A stretch of 64,000 nucleotides of DNA from Candidatus Spongiihabitans sp. (lineage in GTDB: Bacteria; Pseudomonadota; Gammaproteobacteria; Arenicellales; Poriferihabitantaceae), in assembly GCA_965261335.1 (NCBI GenBank), contig OZ253450.1, positions 2,694,650 through 2,758,649 on the forward strand, given 5' to 3'. Position numbers and translations under genes: made by a program. A model generated the notes under the pieces. That model was given only the letters and a program-made list of their open reading frames with translations, ran no database searches and had not been told where the DNA came from. This document shows, piece after piece, positions 61,574-64,000 of this stretch (position 1 is its first letter; every line of letters begins with the position of its first letter).

Positions 61574-61669
61574 ACGCTAGTTTCTCCTAGTAAATAATTG
61601 AAATAAAACAGAATTCGAGTGCATTCAGCGCATATCAAATGAGCGAATTAAACGCCTATATGCCATTTT

Positions 61670-61696
61670 GCTAGCACTCAACATTGGTGAGTGCTA
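61670..61696. promoter_or_regulatory. CIRCE operator (HrcA binding site) upstream of groES
   Basis: CTAGCACTC-N9-GAGTGCTAA matches the consensus TTAGCACTC-N9-GAGTGCTAA at 17 of 18 defined positions. It lies 97 nt upstream of the groES ATG. A minus-strand TTGACA at 61703-61708 sits just upstream. Confidence 0.85.
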
Positions 61697-61847
61697 ATCA
61701 TAGTGTCAAAGAAAAAAAAATCAATGGTAAAGGGCTAATTTTTTTTGAATACCCACTAAAATCAATCACAATGTTGTCGCAATCGGCCAGTGACAAATCA
61801 CTTTCCCTTACCCGTGTATGCGTTGTAGTTATCCTGTGGGGGAATGA

Positions 61848-62555
61848 CTAAAGGTGTGTTTTTGCGATTGCCCATACACTGACACGTTTGACACCAGCAT
61901 CAAGTAGGGCTTTGGCAGCCGCATTAACAGTGCTACCAGTAGTGACCACATCATCGAGTAAGGCGACATGTGGATGAGAACGGGTGGCTCTTCCAGTAAA
62001 GGCTTTTATCATATTCTGGCGACGCATTTTTTCGTTCAAACCAGTTTGTGGCAGGGTGTTTTTTACTCTTTTGAGTAGCGTATGGTTGATGGGGATGCCG
62101 AGCTGTTTATTGAGTACACGGGCAATTTCGGTCGCTTGATTGAATCCGCGCTGGGTGATTCTTCTGCGATGGAGCGGCATGGGGACGATAATGTCTGGTG
62201 GTTGTTGCCATTGAGCCGGGTTTTTTGTAAGCCACAACGAGAACATTTTGCCCATGGCGACCGCATACGACAAATGCTCCGCATATTTTAATGCTTGAAT
62301 ACAGTCGGAAACAGGGGATTGGTACCGAAAAGGGATGATCGAGTCATGATAGGCGGGGGGCTGCGTCTGGCAATGCCCACAAATGCCGGGGTGCGGTAAA
62401 TGAATAGCGCAAATCTCACAGGCACATTCTATCCACGGCAGTAGTTTTTGGCAGTTTATACAGAATCCCAAATCACTAATGCAACGGCAAAGCACACATT
62501 TACTGGGTAATAGGGTATTGAGGGTGGCAAATAATATTGATCTTAATGCTTTCAT
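61848..62555 (-). CDS. comF: ComF-family phosphoribosyltransferase-like protein
   Basis: N-terminal Cys-rich zinc-finger-like region and the PRTase motif VALLDDVVTTGSTV. Confidence 0.8.
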   Translation of the reverse strand: MKALRSILFATLNTLLPSKCVLCRCISDLGFCINCQKLLPWIECACEICAIHLPHPGICGHCQTQPPAYHDSIIPFRYQSPVSDCIQALKYAEHLSYAVAMGKMFSLWLTKNPAQWQQPPDIIVPMPLHRRRITQRGFNQATEIARVLNKQLGIPINHTLLKRVKNTLPQTGLNEKMRRQNMIKAFTGRATRSHPHVALLDDVVTTGSTVNAAAKALLDAGVKRVSVWAIAKTHL

Positions 62556-62644
62556 TCAGTACCTCCGTGTACTTGATATGTTTAATTTTGTATCCAAAAT
62601 CTGTTTATAATCGAGCCTCTATGACAGAACGATAACGGAATCTA

Positions 62645-63433
62645 TTGGAACTCGATCTACAAAAAATCGCAAGCATTCGAAAAAGAAATGTTGCCCAGAA
62701 TAATGCGATGGATTACTTGTTATCTCCGATTCGAAGGGAACTGGAGCAGCGTGTCGATAATGCAATCGATGCCTTTACGGATGGTTTGATTATTGATTTT
62801 GAAAACAGTGATTTGATGCCAAAAAAAATAGCCCATAAACAGCGTTGCTCACTCTTGGAATCGAACGAGTTACAATCGCATGGTCAGTCCGCTGATGTGC
62901 TGGCGCACTACGCAGCGCAATCGTTTGATTGCATCATCGTCAATCTGCATATTTCATGGCTGGATTTCGAGCAACTGTTCGTCAAATTACATCGTCTGTT
63001 GCGTCCAGAAGGGGTGCTGTATTTCTCTGCTTTTGGACCAGATACGCTTAGCGAAGTGTATGATGGATGGGCAAAAACGGATACCTTGCCACATGTGCAT
63101 CCATTTGTTGATATGCACCATCTTGGGGACGCATTGTTACATTCGGGTTTCGTGGAACCGATTGTTGATGTTGATTGGATTTATGTTGACTATCCAAGCA
63201 TCGAATTATTATTCGCGGATCTCAAGCACGAGGGGTTTACCAATATACATTCACAGCGGCGTAAAACATTAACTGGCACACGACGATTTAGCCGTTTCAA
63301 AACAGCCGTGACAGACGCAATTCGTGATGAAACGAATCAGAATATTCGCATTTCTTTTGAGGTCATTTACGGCGTTGCTGTCAATCCGAATCCATCTACT
63401 GCGATTCATGTTCTGCCACCGAGTTTGGATTAG
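62645..63433 (+). CDS. BioC-like class I methyltransferase-fold protein with a degenerate SAM-binding motif I
   Basis: The C-terminal two thirds align by eye with BioC (FDCIIVNLHISW, LLRPEGVLYFSAFGPDTLSEV, FVDMHHLGDALLHSGF). Where VLDxGCGxG is expected, the sequence reads LIIDFENSD. Confidence 0.55.
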   Translation: MELDLQKIASIRKRNVAQNNAMDYLLSPIRRELEQRVDNAIDAFTDGLIIDFENSDLMPKKIAHKQRCSLLESNELQSHGQSADVLAHYAAQSFDCIIVNLHISWLDFEQLFVKLHRLLRPEGVLYFSAFGPDTLSEVYDGWAKTDTLPHVHPFVDMHHLGDALLHSGFVEPIVDVDWIYVDYPSIELLFADLKHEGFTNIHSQRRKTLTGTRRFSRFKTAVTDAIRDETNQNIRISFEVIYGVAVNPNPSTAIHVLPPSLD

Positions 63434-63440
63434 TGCCTAT

Positions 63441-64000
63441 TCATTGTCGCAGACTCGGCACTTTTAGGGGAATGCCACTATTCATAATCGCCTGATAAAC
63501 TTCTAATGCGATGTATGTCGGACTTTGTGCCTCTTGTGGTACCGCACCCGCCTGAATGTTGCAGCTTGCGTAGCGGCGGTGAATCGTACCCCAAGGGTGT
63601 GTGCTGTTGTCATTGTCATTGTCATCATTCGGGATTGACCACTTGATGCGATAAACTGGAAATCCGCTGGTTTGCCCCAACCCAGCACTTAACACATCAC
63701 CGCGCAATCTGTTGCCGGCATTGTTGACATGACAGCTGGCACACGAGAAATTATTTTGTCCCCGTCTTGACCAATAGTATTGCCGACCTGTTTCATAAAT
63801 CTTACGCATACCTAGATCGCGGTAATCAATATTGATTACCGCACCGTTAGATTGTGCTTTAAATACAGAGACCAGCCTTGCCAGCTTGGCAGAATCGAGT
63901 TTCAATGTTTCTTTGGTTTGTGCCAGCAGGCATTCGTTTATTGCACCAACAATCGTTAATACCTGACCATTTCTGAAATAAGGAAACTCATTTGCTGGCG
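63441..64000 (-). CDS. soxA: Sulfur-oxidation c-type cytochrome SoxA (N-terminus beyond window edge)
   Basis: Heme motif CASCH in ..NNFSCASCHVNNAGNRLRGD.., plus FPVYR and HRRYASC. Hand translation shows the frame stays open from 63905 to position 64000, so the gene is 5' partial. Confidence 0.75.
   Translation of the reverse strand, partial: PANEFPYFRNGQVLTIVGAINECLLAQTKETLKLDSAKLARLVSVFKAQSNGAVINIDYRDLGMRKIYETGRQYYWSRRGQNNFSCASCHVNNAGNRLRGDVLSAGLGQTSGFPVYRIKWSIPNDDNDNDNSTHPWGTIHRRYASCNIQAGAVPQEAQSPTYIALEVYQAIMNSGIPLKVPSLRQ

Overview
This 64-kb chromosomal window probably comes from a sulfur-oxidising gammaproteobacterium. That is an inference from a partial soxA at the right edge and from gamma-type operon orders (rimP-nusA-infB-rbfA-truB and ndk-rlmN-rodZ-hisS-yfgM-bamB-der). 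The backbone is ordinary housekeeping: a biotin carboxylase tail with meaB, trmJ, tRNA-Asn, hisG, pntAB, rnr-rlmB, msrAB, a FadB-like gene, groESL with a CIRCE operator, comF, and a BioC-like gene. The mobile-DNA load is what stands out. There are seven distinct IS types: IS30, two IS5-group elements, an IS5/IS1182-like element, IS1380, ISL3 and an ISNCY-like element. Nearly all are frameshifted, truncated or nested inside one another. There are also two apparently non-autonomous MITE families. MITE1 is about 126-138 bp with termini GAGACCTTTGCACGA. MITE2 is 109 bp with termini GGGCTTGTCGG and 5-bp target duplications. One MITE1 copy has cleanly split an ArnT/GT39-like glycosyltransferase gene, and the original frame can be rebuilt by hand. 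The most interesting cargo is a six-gene minus-strand operon (30993-37633) embedded in the 22-kb IS-rich tract between der and hisG. It encodes a SoxB-like flavoprotein, a glutamine-synthetase-like enzyme, the three split glutamate-synthase-like subunits and a 130-aa orphan. This looks like a non-canonical N-methylglutamate-type (methylamine or other gamma-glutamyl-amine) pathway lacking the usual four-subunit dehydrogenase. Other items are a small low-GC islet carrying a type II R-M pair, a G10 tract that splits a membrane-protein gene, and a BioC-like protein with a degenerate SAM-binding loop. No CRISPR array, rRNA or obvious prophage is present. All calls come from reading the sequence and ORF translations by eye. 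No database search was run, so family assignments rest on recognised motifs.
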